Positions 39,266 to 51,496 of a stretch of 64,000 nucleotides of DNA are shown one piece after another. A model generated the notes under the pieces. The model worked only from the letters and a program-made list of their open reading frames with translations. It did not search any database and had not been told where the DNA came from. Within the stretch, counting starts at the first letter, position 1. The number at the start of each line of letters is the position of its first letter. The stretch comes from Leucoraja ocellata (taxonomy: Eukaryota): contig JAWMAR010000618.1 of NCBI GenBank assembly GCA_036785375.1, forward strand, positions 930,001 to 994,000, given 5' to 3'. Made by a program: the position numbers and the translations under genes.

Positions 39266-40364
39266 CAGTGGCTAGATTAAAAGCTTGCTCAGCAGAAAAT
39301 GGTGTACAGCCCTGGAATTGAACTGACAAAAATAAAATGAGGAGGAGGATTGCTGACTCATGGTAAATGACTCTCTACATGAGTGGAATTATTTGTCTAG
39401 AGCCCAAAACACACCATTTATGGCAATTTTGTTTTTTATTTCCAACACCATTTTAGTATTTTATGAAATATGATTATGAAAAGGCACCGTGTGCAATGTG
39501 CAACTGAGATGAAAAGGAGTAATAAAGCAAAATTAAAATCAGGACTCAGCAATTTTTTTCCCGACAGCTTATACATAAAAAGATAAAGGAAAGATTAATG
39601 AAAAAAAGTTTAGAAAGATATATTTTTAGAAAACAATGGAAGTACATTAGATAAATACAGTCCTCTTAATCTTTCAATGTCTATCAAGTATACAATGTTT
39701 TATACCATATCAAGAAAATCACTGCAGTCTAAATTAGCGCTGTACACCATTTCTGTATAGGGATGAAAAGTCAGGCCTCACTCCCCACCAACATCCTCAG
39801 GACTTTCTACAGGGGCACGGTGGAGTCTGTACTCACGTACTGCATAAATACGTGGTACTGCACCTGCAACTGCTCGGACTGCTGAAGAAAGCACAGAGAA
39901 TTGCCAAGGACAAACTGCACCCCCTCCACATACACCTGGATCTCCTGCCATCAGGCAAGAGATATCGAAGCATCAAAGCCCGGACTACGAGGCTGCTAAA
40001 CAGCTTCCTACCGCAGGCTGTGAGGCTGCTAAACAGTCACTCTGCACCCACAGTCACTTGACTTGACTCTGCGGCTGGCACGGACACTTTAATACTGGCA
40101 CTGGCCACTCAAATCAGCGGCCCCGGACATTTTTTATGATTGGTTTATTGTATTTTAACATTGTGGTTTTTTTTTTGGTTTTTTTTTTTTGTTTTTTTTT
40201 ACCTGCTTTTAACTATTTATACTGTTCCATCAGGGACTGGATTGTTTTTTAGTGTTATTATGTGTGAAGTGTTTTAAATTTCATGTGCGATGCTCCGCTA
40301 TTCACTGGGAAACGTCTTTTCATTTTGCACTGTAACAACTGTTGCTGCAAGATGACAATAAAGG

Positions 40365-40398
<34 letters not shown>

Positions 40399-40424
40399 TT
40401 CTGCTCAGCAAGCTTTTAATCTAG
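39266..40424. mobile_element. Non-autonomous TIR element whose right arm is interrupted by a Rex1 insertion
   Basis: ctagattaaaagcttgctcagcagaaaatggtgtacagc (39272-39310) inverted at 39739-39752 plus 40396-40424. Confidence 0.6.
39775..40395 (+). mobile_element. Rex1/Babar-like LINE 3' end with (GATT)n tail
   Basis: KKAQRIAKDKLHPLH..LLPSGKRYRSIKARTTRLLNSFLPQAVRLLN; aataaa followed by (gatt)n. Confidence 0.85.
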
Positions 40425-41290
40425 TCAAAGAGTGATACAGTGTGAAAACAGGCCCTTCGGCCCAACTTGCCCACACCGGCCAACATGTCCCAGCTACACT
40501 AATCCCACCAGCCCGCATTTGGTCCATATCCCTCCAAACCTGTCCAATCCATGTACCTGTCTAACTGTTTCTTAAATGTTGGGATAGTCCCTGTATCAAC
40601 CACCTCCTCTGGCAGCTTGTTCCATATACCCACCATCCTTTGTGTGAAAAAGTTACCCCTCAGATTCCTATTAAATCTTTTCCCCTTTAAACCTATGTCC
40701 TCCAGTCCTCGATTCACCTATGGGCAAGAGACATTGTGCATCTACCTGATCTATTCCTCTCATGATCTTATACACCTCTATAAGATCACCTCTCATCCTC
40801 TTGTGCTCCAAGGAATAGAGTCCAAGTCTACTCAACCTCGCCCTGTGGCTCAGACCCTCTGGTCCTGGCAATATCCTCATAAATCTTCTCTGTACCTTTT
40901 CCAACTTGGCAACATCTATCCTATAACACAGTGCCCAGAACTGAACACAATACTCTAAAGGCAGCCTCACTAATGCCTTATGCAACTGCAACATGACTTC
41001 CCAACTTCTATACTTAATAATCTGGCTGAAGGCGAATGTGCCAAAAGCCTTTTGGACCACCCGATCTACCTGCGACTCCACCTTCAAGTAACCATGCATC
41101 TGCACTCCTAGATCACTCTGCTCCACAACACTACCCAGAACCCTACCATTCACTGTGCAGGCCCTGCCCAAAATGCAACACCTCACATTGATCTACATTA
41201 AATTCCCGCAACCATTCCTCAGCCCACCTGGCCAATCGATCAAGATCCTGCTGCAATTTTTCACAACCATTTTCACTATCTGCAAAACCA
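40425..41290 (-). mobile_element. CR1-like LINE 3' fragment
   Basis: FAD..LQQDLDRL..WA..W..EFNV; DLGV; LVR.PLEYCVQFW; RGDLIEVYKIM. Confidence 0.9.
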
Positions 41291-42306
41291 CCCAAACAAT
41301 TGGAGTTTACATTTTGCAAACTACCTGGTAAAAGTATACAGCATTCAATTACCATTTTTACAATAAAGTTCCCTTTTATTTCAAAAAAGACAAAACAAAT
41401 TTTCCAAAAACTCGTAAGATTAAGGCAGTAATCAGGATTTCTTGTTCCTAGACATGCCGGATTTCAAGGCATCACATTATTATGGAAAATTGAGTAGGCT
41501 CTGTTAGGGATCTAATTTGCCCAATTTAAAAACTCCAAGTGCTAATAATATCATTAAAAAAATATTCCCTATTAGGGTCCATTTTTTAATGACAGAATTC
41601 CAATGTTATTTGTCATTTGAAATTTGTGTAATGAACCCCATCCAAAATATTATCCAATCAATCATTTACTTTTCGATGGAGTAAATGAGACTGAAAAGTG
41701 AGGTAAAGTCACAGAGCCATACAGCATTGAAACAAGCCCTTCGAGCCAACTCATTTATGATGATCATTTATGCCTAACCAAGCTAGTTCCACTTATCTGC
41801 ACCTGGCCCTTATTCTTTTAAACCTTTCCTATCCAATACATGTCCAAGTATCTTGTAAATGTTGTAATTGGACTGCTTCTAAAATATCATCTGACAGCAC
41901 AATCCATATGTGTTTTTTTTTACAAAACTGGGTACAAAAAGTGCGACATCATACATAAAACTCAAGTTCACAAATAAATTATGTCAACATGATTCAGATT
42001 AATCAAAAACCCTCACAGCGGCAGTACATGACAGGGAGAGATAGTTCATGAAGTTTGAGAAAATTTGATTAATGACAAAATTCCTTGTTTAGCATGCGTT
42101 CCTATGCGTTTTTTACACTTTGTTTGGTTCCACCATAACAACCTTTACATGAAATTTAGAAAGTCATTTTTTTTCTAAAGCATGATAGCCGATTTCTTCA
42201 CTTTTGCTGTTTTTCAACATACAAATGTACTTTCTTGCTATAAACATGGAGTATGTGACCAAATGAACAATATTCCTGTTATCTACTGAAACATGCATTA
42301 CACAGT

Positions 42307-42768
42307 AATAATAATAATAATATTTTTATTTATAGAGCACTTTAAAAACAATCATAGTTGCAACAAAGTGCTGTACATCACTAATCATTGACAAAAAAGT
42401 TAATACACACCAAAAATAACAATCAAAAGAAATAGTAGGAAAAGACATGTAAAATAAAGAAACATTAAAAACACCACAAACAGAAGCAAAGCCTCAGGCA
42501 CGGTCAAAAGCCAGGGAGTACAAATGTGTTTTAACACTGGATTTGAAGATGGACAGTGAGGGGGCCTGTCTGATGTGCAACGGCAGGGTGTTCCAGAGTG
42601 CTGGAGCAGCAACAGAGAAGGCTCTATCCCCTCTGAGCCTCCGATTAGACCTCGGTACCTCCAGGAGCAGCTGACCAGCTGACCTGAGGGACCGGGCAGG
42701 AGCGTATGGGTGGAGCAGCTCAGAGAGGTAAGGCGGGGCGAGCCCATTCAGAGATTTAAAAACAAATA
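42307..42768 (-). mobile_element. L2 LINE 3' end
   Basis: Minus strand LRSAGQLLLEVPRSNRRLRGDRAFSVAAPALWNTLPLHIRQAPSLSIFKS.VKTHLY; stem-loop agcacttt...aaagtgct; (TTA)n tail; acagta at both flanks. Confidence 0.85.
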
Positions 42769-43559
42769 ACAGTACCCGAGGGTGGACACCAAAATGAAAG
42801 TAGATCCAGGTTCTTCCAGTATTTATTTTTTTATAATTTCTTTCTCATGTTTTGAATAAACTTTATGGAAGTAATTTTCCATACATAATAAGAGACCGCA
42901 GGTACATAATTTGATGGAAATAAAGCTACTGCAAAATGCTGGTGTTACACGTGTGATGGTGGACACCAAAAATGTTCACTAAATTTGGCATGCAGCAGTT
43001 TTACAGAATCTTGATATTAAGTTTACTTTCTTCTCATAATTTCATTATCTATCGAGTTGTTCAAACTAGAACATTTTCAATCTCCTTGGGAAGTTCATTG
43101 GTCGTAATTTACCATTGTGGTGGTTACTCTTCAATAGGGTGGACACTGAGTAACCACTGTTACACTCCTTGAAATATGGCCATTCAGAGCACTTAATGCC
43201 AAAATCATCAGACGTTTTGATTATTACTGTGAAACATTTATCTCTGCAAAGCAACAAACTTGAAAATGTTTTGAATTATATTGAAATTAATGCAGAAATT
43301 GCCTCTTTATTTCATTGTGTCAAAGCATGTCATTTTTTGGTGTCCTAAACATTTATATTTTTTGAGATATAAGCAGGTTGAATCAGGGAATTAATTGAAT
43401 CCATACCTTGATTTTATCTCTTGTACATTTGAGTAACAACCCCTGAAGAAATAACACCATATTACTTGAAACAGTGGAGATATGACATTTTTAATGTTCT
43501 GTGCTAAAATCTCTCCTGTGTTGGAAAAATGTGCATATAGGTGTCGTCTTTTGTGTAAA

Positions 43560-44700
43560 ATAGTTGCCCCACAGGTCCCTTTTAAAACTTTTCCCTCTCA
43601 CCTTAAACCAAAGGCCTTTAGGTTTTTACTCCCAAACCGTGGATGTTGTCTTTATGAATTTTTGTAAAGCATTTGATAAAGTCCTTCAATCCCGGCAACA
43701 TCCTCATGAATCTTTTTTGTATTCTCTCCAGTTCAATGTCATCCTTCCTATCGCATGGCAACCATAATTGTACACAGTATTGAACAGATGCAAAATGATG
43801 TCCCAAATCCTGAACGCAATACCCTGACTGACGAAAGCATGCATGCCAAACACTTTCTTCACCACCTGGTGTTACCACTTCTATGGAACTAGCACCTAGT
43901 CTGCCTGTTCTACAACACTCCCCAGGGCCCTGTCATTTACTGTTTAAGGCCTGCCCTGGTTAGTTTACCAAATGGCATCATCCCGCATTTATCCGATTGA
44001 AGCATATGCCATTCTTCAGCTAAGATGCTCAGTCCTTTTGTGATCTTAGACAACCTCTTTCACTATTCCAGTAATTTTTTAAGTCATCCACAAACTTACT
44101 AACCATGCCACCTACTTTTTCATCTATATCTTTAATCTAAATAATAACTGTGGGCCCAGCACTGATTCTAGTGGCAGACCACTTGTTACAAGGCTCCAGC
44201 CTGAAAAATAGCTGTCTCCCTCTCCAACCCCTGTATCGTAACTTCAAGTCAATGATGTATCCAGTGGGCAACCTCACCCTGGATCCCATGTGTTCTAATC
44301 TTCTGAACCAGCCTAACATGCTGACTGATTGATTGAAATATAAGATTATGAGAAATATGATTAGGCTAGATGTTCAAAATGTTTTTCTCATAATAGGGGT
44401 GCCAAAAACACGAGGGCACCGATTTAAGGTGAAATGAAGGAGTTTAAGGAGGATCTGAGGGGTAACCTTTTTTTTTTCACACAAAAAGTGGTCAATATCT
44501 GGAAAGCGCTGCCAGAGGAGATGGTGAAATTGGATAAGATTGCTGTGTTTAAGAGGGATTTGGACAGATCCTTAAAAGACAAGGCAAAGAAGAATATGAT
44601 CCGAATGTGGGTAAATGGAATTATTGTAAACAGCAAAAGATCAGCATGGACATGTTGGGCAAAGGTCTCATTACTGACCTGTACAGCTCTATGAGATGCA
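43560..44700. mobile_element. CR1-like fragments (minus ~43560-44330, plus ~44340-44700)
   Basis: QYCVQLWLP..RKDDIELERIQKRFMRM; LRGNLFFFTQKVVNIWKALP. Confidence 0.7.
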
Positions 44701-47104
44701 CACTTTCAGCTATTTCTGTCACTTCATTCTGCATTTTGCAATCCAAAAGCTATTCTCATCATAATAATGTAAATAAATGTAATTTTAAATGTGCATTTTA
44801 TCCACTCCTCCTTCCTCTTCTTTAAAGCCTAATGAATCATACTACATTATCTAAAATTGGCAGCATTTTGATATGTCACCTTTACAAGCTTTCCTCATCT
44901 GCCTTCAATTGAAGTGAATTATTTGCAACTAATTTAAATTGAAGGATCATCATAGTCAAGATACTTTGCACAAGGATAAGAAGGAAAAAATTACAGAGAA
45001 AGGCAAGCTTTACAATAAACACATAGCAAGGTTGAGTTAAAGAAATTGTACAATTAACCATTCATTTCATTAGTCTTGTTGCTTCCATTGAGCCATATAT
45101 AAATTCACCATTGACTGCAATCTAATCTAAGGTCTCCTGAGAAAGAGGGTTTAAAACAAGTACAACAAGGGTTTAGACCCAAAATGTCACCCATTCCTTC
45201 TCTCCAGAGATGCTGCCTGTCCCGCGGATTTACTCCAGTTTTTTGTGTCTGCGGGTGATTCTTCAGTAAGTGTCTACTTTGAAGTTTTTGGAAGCCAGAT
45301 TATAAAACTTAAACTTTTGCAACTTTGAATGTTTTCACATCGATGAACATCTCTACTATGGGAAAAATATGTTTGGCGCAATCTTTTAGAGAATTACATT
45401 TATTGTTTCCTCTTCTTTTTCCAGGTTGCCCATTGCATTCAGTCATATCATATTTCTATGATGAACAACACTGTAAAATATAACTGATTTAAGAATATAA
45501 AATCAAATTTGTCGCAGACTTTCAAATTATAGAAACATTGAAAATAGGTACAGGAGGAGGCCATTCGGCCCTTCAATCCAGCACCGCCAATCATTGTGAT
45601 CATGGCTATTATAGAGTACCTTCCTCAAATAAATCACCAAAAAAAAAACGTTTTCAGTCGAACGCAGTGATTTTAAACCTTCGTAACCGTTTACTGCCAA
45701 AATAAAGTGGTGATTTTTAGCAAGAATGGTAATCTTCACATACCTTTTCACCAACTTCCTCTAAAATAATATTAACACAGATGAATAGGCAGAAACATAC
45801 TGTTCATTTATCAATCACAATTGATAATTATGGTCATTGTTGTATTATTTTACACATTATGAGCATAAAATACTCGTGTGGCGGATATGACTCAGCATGG
45901 TGGAGATGATCAAGTTCTGGAATGTCACGTAATGGAGATGACTAAAGGGTGATTCTTCAGTAACTGTCTACTTTGGTGTCCCGCTACTTTGATGCTGTAT
46001 ATAAGGAAAATCTGTAATTCTATCCCATTTCTTCTATTTCTATATTGTTAATAAACATAATCCTCATAAATAAAGATTAAACCCTAAATGAATAAAGTGT
46101 GATATATATATATTTTTTTTTTCCCCGATGTTCGATGACACCCCCCCCCCCCCGGAAAACTGCATGTCCCGATGGTTACTTGTGAAATTTCAATTCGGCA
46201 TATTTATTTAATGGGGGGATCTATCTGAAATGAAAATACTTTTAAATGACAGGTATTAATAATTAAAATATTTAGCACCCTTAAAAAAAATTCCGCTATT
46301 CTTGATAAAATTATAAATCGGGGTGAGTGACGGAGATGACCGTGATGGACATGATGGATTAATACCACCCGTAGCCGGCCTCGATGGCACTGAGGCTAGG
46401 GCTGGGGCTAGTCACGTCATCTGCAAATTATGAGCATGGACAGGAGTCCCAGCAATTATCCCGTGGATCAACTGACGGAACTAACGGGCCGGGCCACTCC
46501 CGGTGAACAGGAACACTCGCGTGGACTGTGAATGGGAGAAGTGGGGGGAGAAGGGGATGGAGGCAGATGCTGCATAAGGGCCCCGGTGAGAATACCCGGG
46601 GACCTAATCGTCTGTGCCATCAAGGACGGCTGCAGGAGGTATTAATCCGTCATGTCCATCACGGTCATCTCCGTCACTTACCCCAATCTCCCGAACTCCA
46701 TCTCCAGCTACATCTCCGGCTCCAGCTCCATCTCCTGCTGGACACAAAGGCCTGTTGCAGCAGTCGCCTCTTCCCGTGACCCGATGTCCCTCTCCATGCC
46801 CGGCCCTCTTCAGCCCTTGTTTCCCCCCCCACCGGCATCGGGAAAGAAATTAAAATATAACACTTTATTCATTTGGGGTTTAATAGTAAGATTAAACGAG
46901 TACTTACCAGTACGAAGTTTGATCTGTATTTTATGAGGAGTTACGATGAGGGATTACGTGAAGAACCCACCCAGCGCGCAGGCGCGGCATACTTCCAAGC
47001 AGCGGTGTGGAATCACAGATAGACACTAGTTGAAGTAAAGATAGTAAAGACCAACGAGACATTAGTCCGAATTTGATCTATATAATGAGGGTGGGAGCGG
47101 AGGG

Positions 47105-47217
47105 CACGTAATCCCTCATCGTAACTCCTCATAAAATACAGATCAAACTTCGTACTGGTAAGTACTCGTTTAATCTTACTATTTTACTTCGGAGTCACGT
47201 GAGTGACTACGTGAAGA
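47105..47217. repeat. DIRS internal complementary region (ICR)
   Basis: Equals revcomp(46882-46960) joined to revcomp(~51636-51672) through a shared ATT. Confidence 0.95.
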
Positions 47218-47375
47218 CTTCAAAGGTCTGTGATTTCAAACCGTGTAACAGTTATATCACTCACTGCCGAAAGATCATCGAGGGAGGAAGTGGTAGCTAG
47301 AGACCAACAAGTTTGTTTAGTTATAAAAGAAATGTTTATTAACTATAACAAAAAATAGCTCCCATGGGCTTTAAA

Positions 47376-48386
47376 TCATAACTTTGCGGTTTTTAAAATG
47401 GTATCCGCAAAGACGTCCTGTTCCATCAGCGGTTTCTTGTAAAATCGTTGGAATGTCGATTCCCTTGACCATCCCGCTGCTCTGAGGATGTGTTCTAGGG
47501 GAACCTGCATCCTATCCGCCGCTGAGGTGGACGCTGCCCTGGTTGAATGGGATTTAAAAACATTTGTGTTAATCCCTGCCATGCTGAGGACCTGTTTCAA
47601 CCATCTGGATAATGTTTGGCTGGTTACCCGTCCAAAAGGCTTTCTGTGGCTAACCCATAAGGCTTTCTCTCTCCCTCTAAGCGTTTGGGTTGTGTCTAGA
47701 TAATGATGAAGGTGGGTCACCACACACAGCCTAGGTTCTGGAGGGTAAGCCCGGAAGATCAACGGGGAGTTTGATGTACCTGGTCTACTTTGTTTTACCA
47801 ACCCCGGCATGGTGAAAGTAATGGTATCTGGGGTGGTCACCATGTAGTTCAGATTTAGCTGATGGAGCGACTGAACCCTTTGAGCTGAGACAAGCGCCAT
47901 GAGCATGAGGGTTTTGTAAGTGGCCTGTTCTAGGCTCAGGGATCCCACCGGAGGCCAACCTCGAAGGTGTGTCAGAACTACACTCACATCCCACATGTGA
48001 GTGTATCTAGGTGTAGGGGGTTTGGTATTAAAGATCCCCTTAAGAAGTCTGATGACCAGAGGGTGGGATCCCACACTATGCTGTTCTATCGGCATGAGGT
48101 ATGCGGACAGTGCGCTCCGAGCCGTATTGATGGCACTGTAGCTCATCTTGAGATCATGGTGCAGGTGGGCCAGGAACTCCAGCACATCCGAGATCGAAGC
48201 CGTCTTGTAGGATGTCCCTGCGTCCAGACAGTACTGTTCCCATTTCCTGATGAAGGTGAGGTACTGTTTCTTGGTGGAAACTCGCAGGGATGCCGACATG
48301 GTGGTGATTGTTCTGTCTGATAACCCCAATCCCCGGTAAGGCCTGTTCAAAATCTGGAAACCAGGAGTTTCAATTTTTGGTGGCAT
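47376..48386 (-). CDS. DIRS tyrosine recombinase (with N-terminal core-binding domain)
   Basis: SAQRVQSL (R), KQSRP (K), HSTR (HxxR), AGW, TFQRFY (catalytic Y); alternative start Met30 at 48299. Confidence 0.95.
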   Translation of the reverse strand: MPPKIETPGFQILNRPYRGLGLSDRTITTMSASLRVSTKKQYLTFIRKWEQYCLDAGTSYKTASISDVLEFLAHLHHDLKMSYSAINTARSALSAYLMPIEQHSVGSHPLVIRLLKGIFNTKPPTPRYTHMWDVSVVLTHLRGWPPVGSLSLEQATYKTLMLMALVSAQRVQSLHQLNLNYMVTTPDTITFTMPGLVKQSRPGTSNSPLIFRAYPPEPRLCVVTHLHHYLDTTQTLRGREKALWVSHRKPFGRVTSQTLSRWLKQVLSMAGINTNVFKSHSTRAASTSAADRMQVPLEHILRAAGWSRESTFQRFYKKPLMEQDVFADTILKTAKL

Positions 48387-49660
48387 GGATGGCTAATGCC
48401 AGTTACCGGGTGAGTCAATAATTGGGGGTGGTGTTGAAGGACCATTGGTGTCTCTACCACCATGTCGTGGAACATTGGGAACCATGGTTGGGTAGGCCAG
48501 TCGGGCACGACCAGAATGCCAGAGGCTGAGTCTGCCTGAATTTTCTGGAGTACCCGACTGATGAGGCAGAAGGGAGGGAAAGCATAGAAAAAGAAATTTC
48601 CCCAATCCAGCGTGAAGGCATCTACCGCTGCTGCCTCTGGGTCTGGTTCCCAAGCCACATACACGGGTAGTTGGTGATTTAACCTAGACGCAAACAAATC
48701 TATATCTGGCGTACCATATTGCTTGACAATTTTAGCAAATAATTTTGGGTCCAACATCCATTCGATGTTGTCGTTGAATTTTCGTGACCTGGTGTCCGCC
48801 ACTAAATTTAGCTTGCCTGGTAAATAGGCAGCTGATAGCCAAATATGTCTCTCGACACACCATTGCCAGATTATAGCAGTTAATTTGTCGCATGATACTG
48901 ATTTAATGCCACCCATGTGCTGGATATAAGATACTGCCGTAGTGTTGTCGATCATAATTCTAACATGCACGTGCCGCATATCAGATGCATATGCTTTTAG
49001 CCCATAAAAGGCGGCGAGCATTTCCAAAAAGTTAATGCCCAGTGATTGTAGTAGCGATGCCTCTGAGTTAGTCCATCTGCCACCTGTGCTGTCTATGGAG
49101 TTAGTAGCTCCCCAGCCTAAAGCACTGGCATCCGTTGCAATGGTTATGTTAGGATTGGTTACGGCGATAGGACTGTGACTGTGCCAAATATTGTCAACCC
49201 ACCACTGAAGTTCTGATTTGGCTTCAGCGGGTAAATCCATTTTGCGATCATAATGCCCCCTATGAAGGCGTAATGCATGAGTCCTTGCTCTTTGTAGATT
49301 TTGATAATGCAAGGGCCCATGTTGGGCAGCCGGAAATGCTGCTACTATAGAGCCAATAACTCTGGCTACATGCCGTATTCTAGGTTGCGGTGTAGCAATT
49401 AAATGGCTACAAGCTTCAATGAGTGAAACTGTTTTGTTTCTGGGCAGAGTGACAGTCATGTGAATCGTGTCAATAGTGAAGCCTAAGTAATCCATGTTAG
49501 TAGTAGGCTCCAATATTGATTTATCTGGGTGAAGGATAAAACCCAAAGTTTCAAGGAGTTGTTTAGTGGCTAACACTCCTGCGACAGCTTGTTCCCGTGT
49601 TCTTCCTAATATGAGAACATCGTCCAGATAGGCCACTACTAAATGTTTTAGTTCTCTCAA
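48347..49660 (-). CDS. DIRS pol C-terminal part: RT (YLDD), RNase H, Dam-like methyltransferase domain
   Basis: VAYLDD, YLGF; TDAS..GWG, INFLEMLA, DNTTAV, N..AD..SR; DLFAS...YAFPPF; joined to 49563-50399 by a +1 frameshift in A7 (49661-49667). Confidence 0.92.
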   Translation of the reverse strand: MRELKHLVVAYLDDVLILGRTREQAVAGVLATKQLLETLGFILHPDKSILEPTTNMDYLGFTIDTIHMTVTLPRNKTVSLIEACSHLIATPQPRIRHVARVIGSIVAAFPAAQHGPLHYQNLQRARTHALRLHRGHYDRKMDLPAEAKSELQWWVDNIWHSHSPIAVTNPNITIATDASALGWGATNSIDSTGGRWTNSEASLLQSLGINFLEMLAAFYGLKAYASDMRHVHVRIMIDNTTAVSYIQHMGGIKSVSCDKLTAIIWQWCVERHIWLSAAYLPGKLNLVADTRSRKFNDNIEWMLDPKLFAKIVKQYGTPDIDLFASRLNHQLPVYVAWEPDPEAAAVDAFTLDWGNFFFYAFPPFCLISRVLQKIQADSASGILVVPDWPTQPWFPMFHDMVVETPMVLQHHPQLLTHPVTGISHPCHQKLKLLVSRF

Positions 49661-50399
49661 TTTTTTTCATGGCCACTTTAAGAATTTTCGTAAATAGTCT
49701 GGGAGCTGTCGTTAAACCATTGGGCAAAGCTCGGTACTGCCATAGCTGGCCCCTCCAGATAAATTTCAGATATTTAAAGTAATCTTTATGAATGGGTACC
49801 AAATAGTAAGCATCTTTGATATCTATGCTTGCCATGTAGTATCCCTTGGAGATCAGTTGTCTGGCAGTGACAAATGTCTCCATTTTGAAATGTTGATACT
49901 CAACAGACTGATTGAGTGATGTCAGATCAATAATAATGCGACATCCACCATCTTTTTTGGTTTTGAGAAAAATATTTGATACAAATTCTTGCGGCTCGTG
50001 TGTGGTCATTTCTATGATGCCTTTAGCCACGAGCCGATCAAGTTCAGCTTGTCCTTCTACCTTCTCAACTGCCGAGGGAAGGAACACCCTTTGGGACATG
50101 TGCTGAACTGGCGGTTCTACGCCTGGTTTGAACTCAATTTTGTATCCACTAATACTGTTGAGTATAAACTGATTGTTAGTAAGGGAGCACCAAACATGCT
50201 TGAAGAACCTCAAACGTCCCCCTGTTAATACTACACCCTTTGTCTGTGTATGTTGACAGGAACCAGACCCACCTACCTCCATGTTCACTTGTGGGGTCGT
50301 TTTCGGTGGGTCTGGCCCAAGGTTGTCCGTGTTGGTGCTGCGGTGGGGCGGCGCATCTTCCCACGGCTCCGCCCTGGGCCCCGCTCTAAAAAAGAGCAC
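49563..50399 (-). CDS. DIRS pol N-terminal part (reverse transcriptase)
   Basis: GGRL, SNIFL..KKDGGCR.IIDL..LN, HFKMET, SIDIKDAY, LPNGLTTAPRLFTK; first ATG at 50282. Confidence 0.9.
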   Translation of the reverse strand: MLFFRAGPRAEPWEDAPPHRSTNTDNLGPDPPKTTPQVNMEVGGSGSCQHTQTKGVVLTGGRLRFFKHVWCSLTNNQFILNSISGYKIEFKPGVEPPVQHMSQRVFLPSAVEKVEGQAELDRLVAKGIIEMTTHEPQEFVSNIFLKTKKDGGCRIIIDLTSLNQSVEYQHFKMETFVTARQLISKGYYMASIDIKDAYYLVPIHKDYFKYLKFIWRGQLWQYRALPNGLTTAPRLFTKILKVAMKKIERTKTFSSGLSGRCSHIRKNTGTSCRRSVSH

Positions 50400-51496
50400 T
50401 GGGGGTAGTGGGAGGCGGTCACCAGGCTTTCACCAGCTCGGTATCTGCTGGTGGCTGCCGAGGCGTGCGGCCAACTGGGTGTCTTCACCCTGCTCGGTCC
50501 TGGCCCTGCCCTCATGAGGCCTACTGGTTTTGCCGCCTCTTCCAAGTCCTTGAGCCTTTTGGCCAGATCCGCACCAAATAGCAGCGCCTGTCGTTCGGGC
50601 GCTGGAGCTTTACAGAGGCCGGCATATGTTGGGTTGAGGGCAGGCCTGATGTTGTCCCGCCGTAGGTTGTTTAGCTCATACGTGGTGCTGCACATCAGTG
50701 CGAGGGCATCCTGCTGGGGTATGGTCAGGTCTTCATCCCCAACGGACCGAGCAAAGGCGGTGACGGCTGCTGAGTGGAGCTTCAGGACTCGCTGCATTTT
50801 GACCTCCTGAGCCCTTATTTGCTGCCCCAGCTGGTTCCAGATCTGCCCGTTCACCGTCTTGACCCTCAGCGCCTCGCAATTTTCTGGCGCGATGTAGTTG
50901 TCAAGGGCCTGCTGGACAGCCTTGTCCTGCAGCGGGTTGTTGGACAGCCTGTTTATAGTTGCCGCCATTCTGGGTGGCAACACCATCCCAGTTGTTGGTG
51001 GCGCCGCATATCGGCCCACTACACCCAGTAGCTCTTCTTCCGGCACGCCCGGCATGCTGACGATATCCTCCGCCTGCCCTTGGGATAGGCCAGCCCAGTC
51101 CTGGCCTCCCTTACTGCCCTCGAACATAGAGGGTACAGAAGGGTGTGGAGAGGAGGAGGCCAAAGCCCGTCCTCCTGGGAGATGCCGCATCTCCTCGTTT
51201 ATCGTACGCTCGAGGAGCTGCCTCATGCAGCTGATCCGAGCGTCTCCCCTTTTCGGTGGGGGAGAGTGTTCCCGTTCCTCCGATTCATCGGAGGACACCG
51301 GCCGGTCGGTTTTATGTGTCGCCTTCCTCCCTGTGCGGGGCGTTGAAATCTGCAGCACTGGGGGCGGCTCGGTGTCGGGTGAGCGGGAGCGTTGAAAAAG
51401 CTCCTCCACTGCGAGAGGCTGCCGTCCCGCTATGGACCCGTCCTCGGGTGGAGTAGGGCAGGCAGTCCTCCTGGCTGGTCGCTTGCGAGAGGCCAT
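50285..51496 (-). CDS. DIRS ORF1 (gag-like)
   Basis: 403-aa ATG-initiated ORF in the ORF1 position; PENCE.L.V..VN..IW, LNNLRRDNIRP.LN..YA.LC, LLFG.DL motifs. Confidence 0.85.
   Translation of the reverse strand: MASRKRPARRTACPTPPEDGSIAGRQPLAVEELFQRSRSPDTEPPPVLQISTPRTGRKATHKTDRPVSSDESEEREHSPPPKRGDARISCMRQLLERTINEEMRHLPGGRALASSSPHPSVPSMFEGSKGGQDWAGLSQGQAEDIVSMPGVPEEELLGVVGRYAAPPTTGMVLPPRMAATINRLSNNPLQDKAVQQALDNYIAPENCEALRVKTVNGQIWNQLGQQIRAQEVKMQRVLKLHSAAVTAFARSVGDEDLTIPQQDALALMCSTTYELNNLRRDNIRPALNPTYAGLCKAPAPERQALLFGADLAKRLKDLEEAAKPVGLMRAGPGPSRVKTPSWPHASAATSRYRAGESLVTASHYPQCSFLERGPGRSRGKMRRPTAAPTRTTLGQTHRKRPHK

Noticed and set aside
38230-39320. Cluster of 60-110-aa ORFs as a possible decayed transposase or gene
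   Set aside because: No motif I can support
49661-49667. Programmed ribosomal frameshift in DIRS pol
   Set aside because: Falls inside the RT core and needs +1; a homopolymer indel is the simpler explanation
50451-51395. Plus-strand ORFs antisense to DIRS gag
   Set aside because: Shadow ORFs of a GC-rich coding strand
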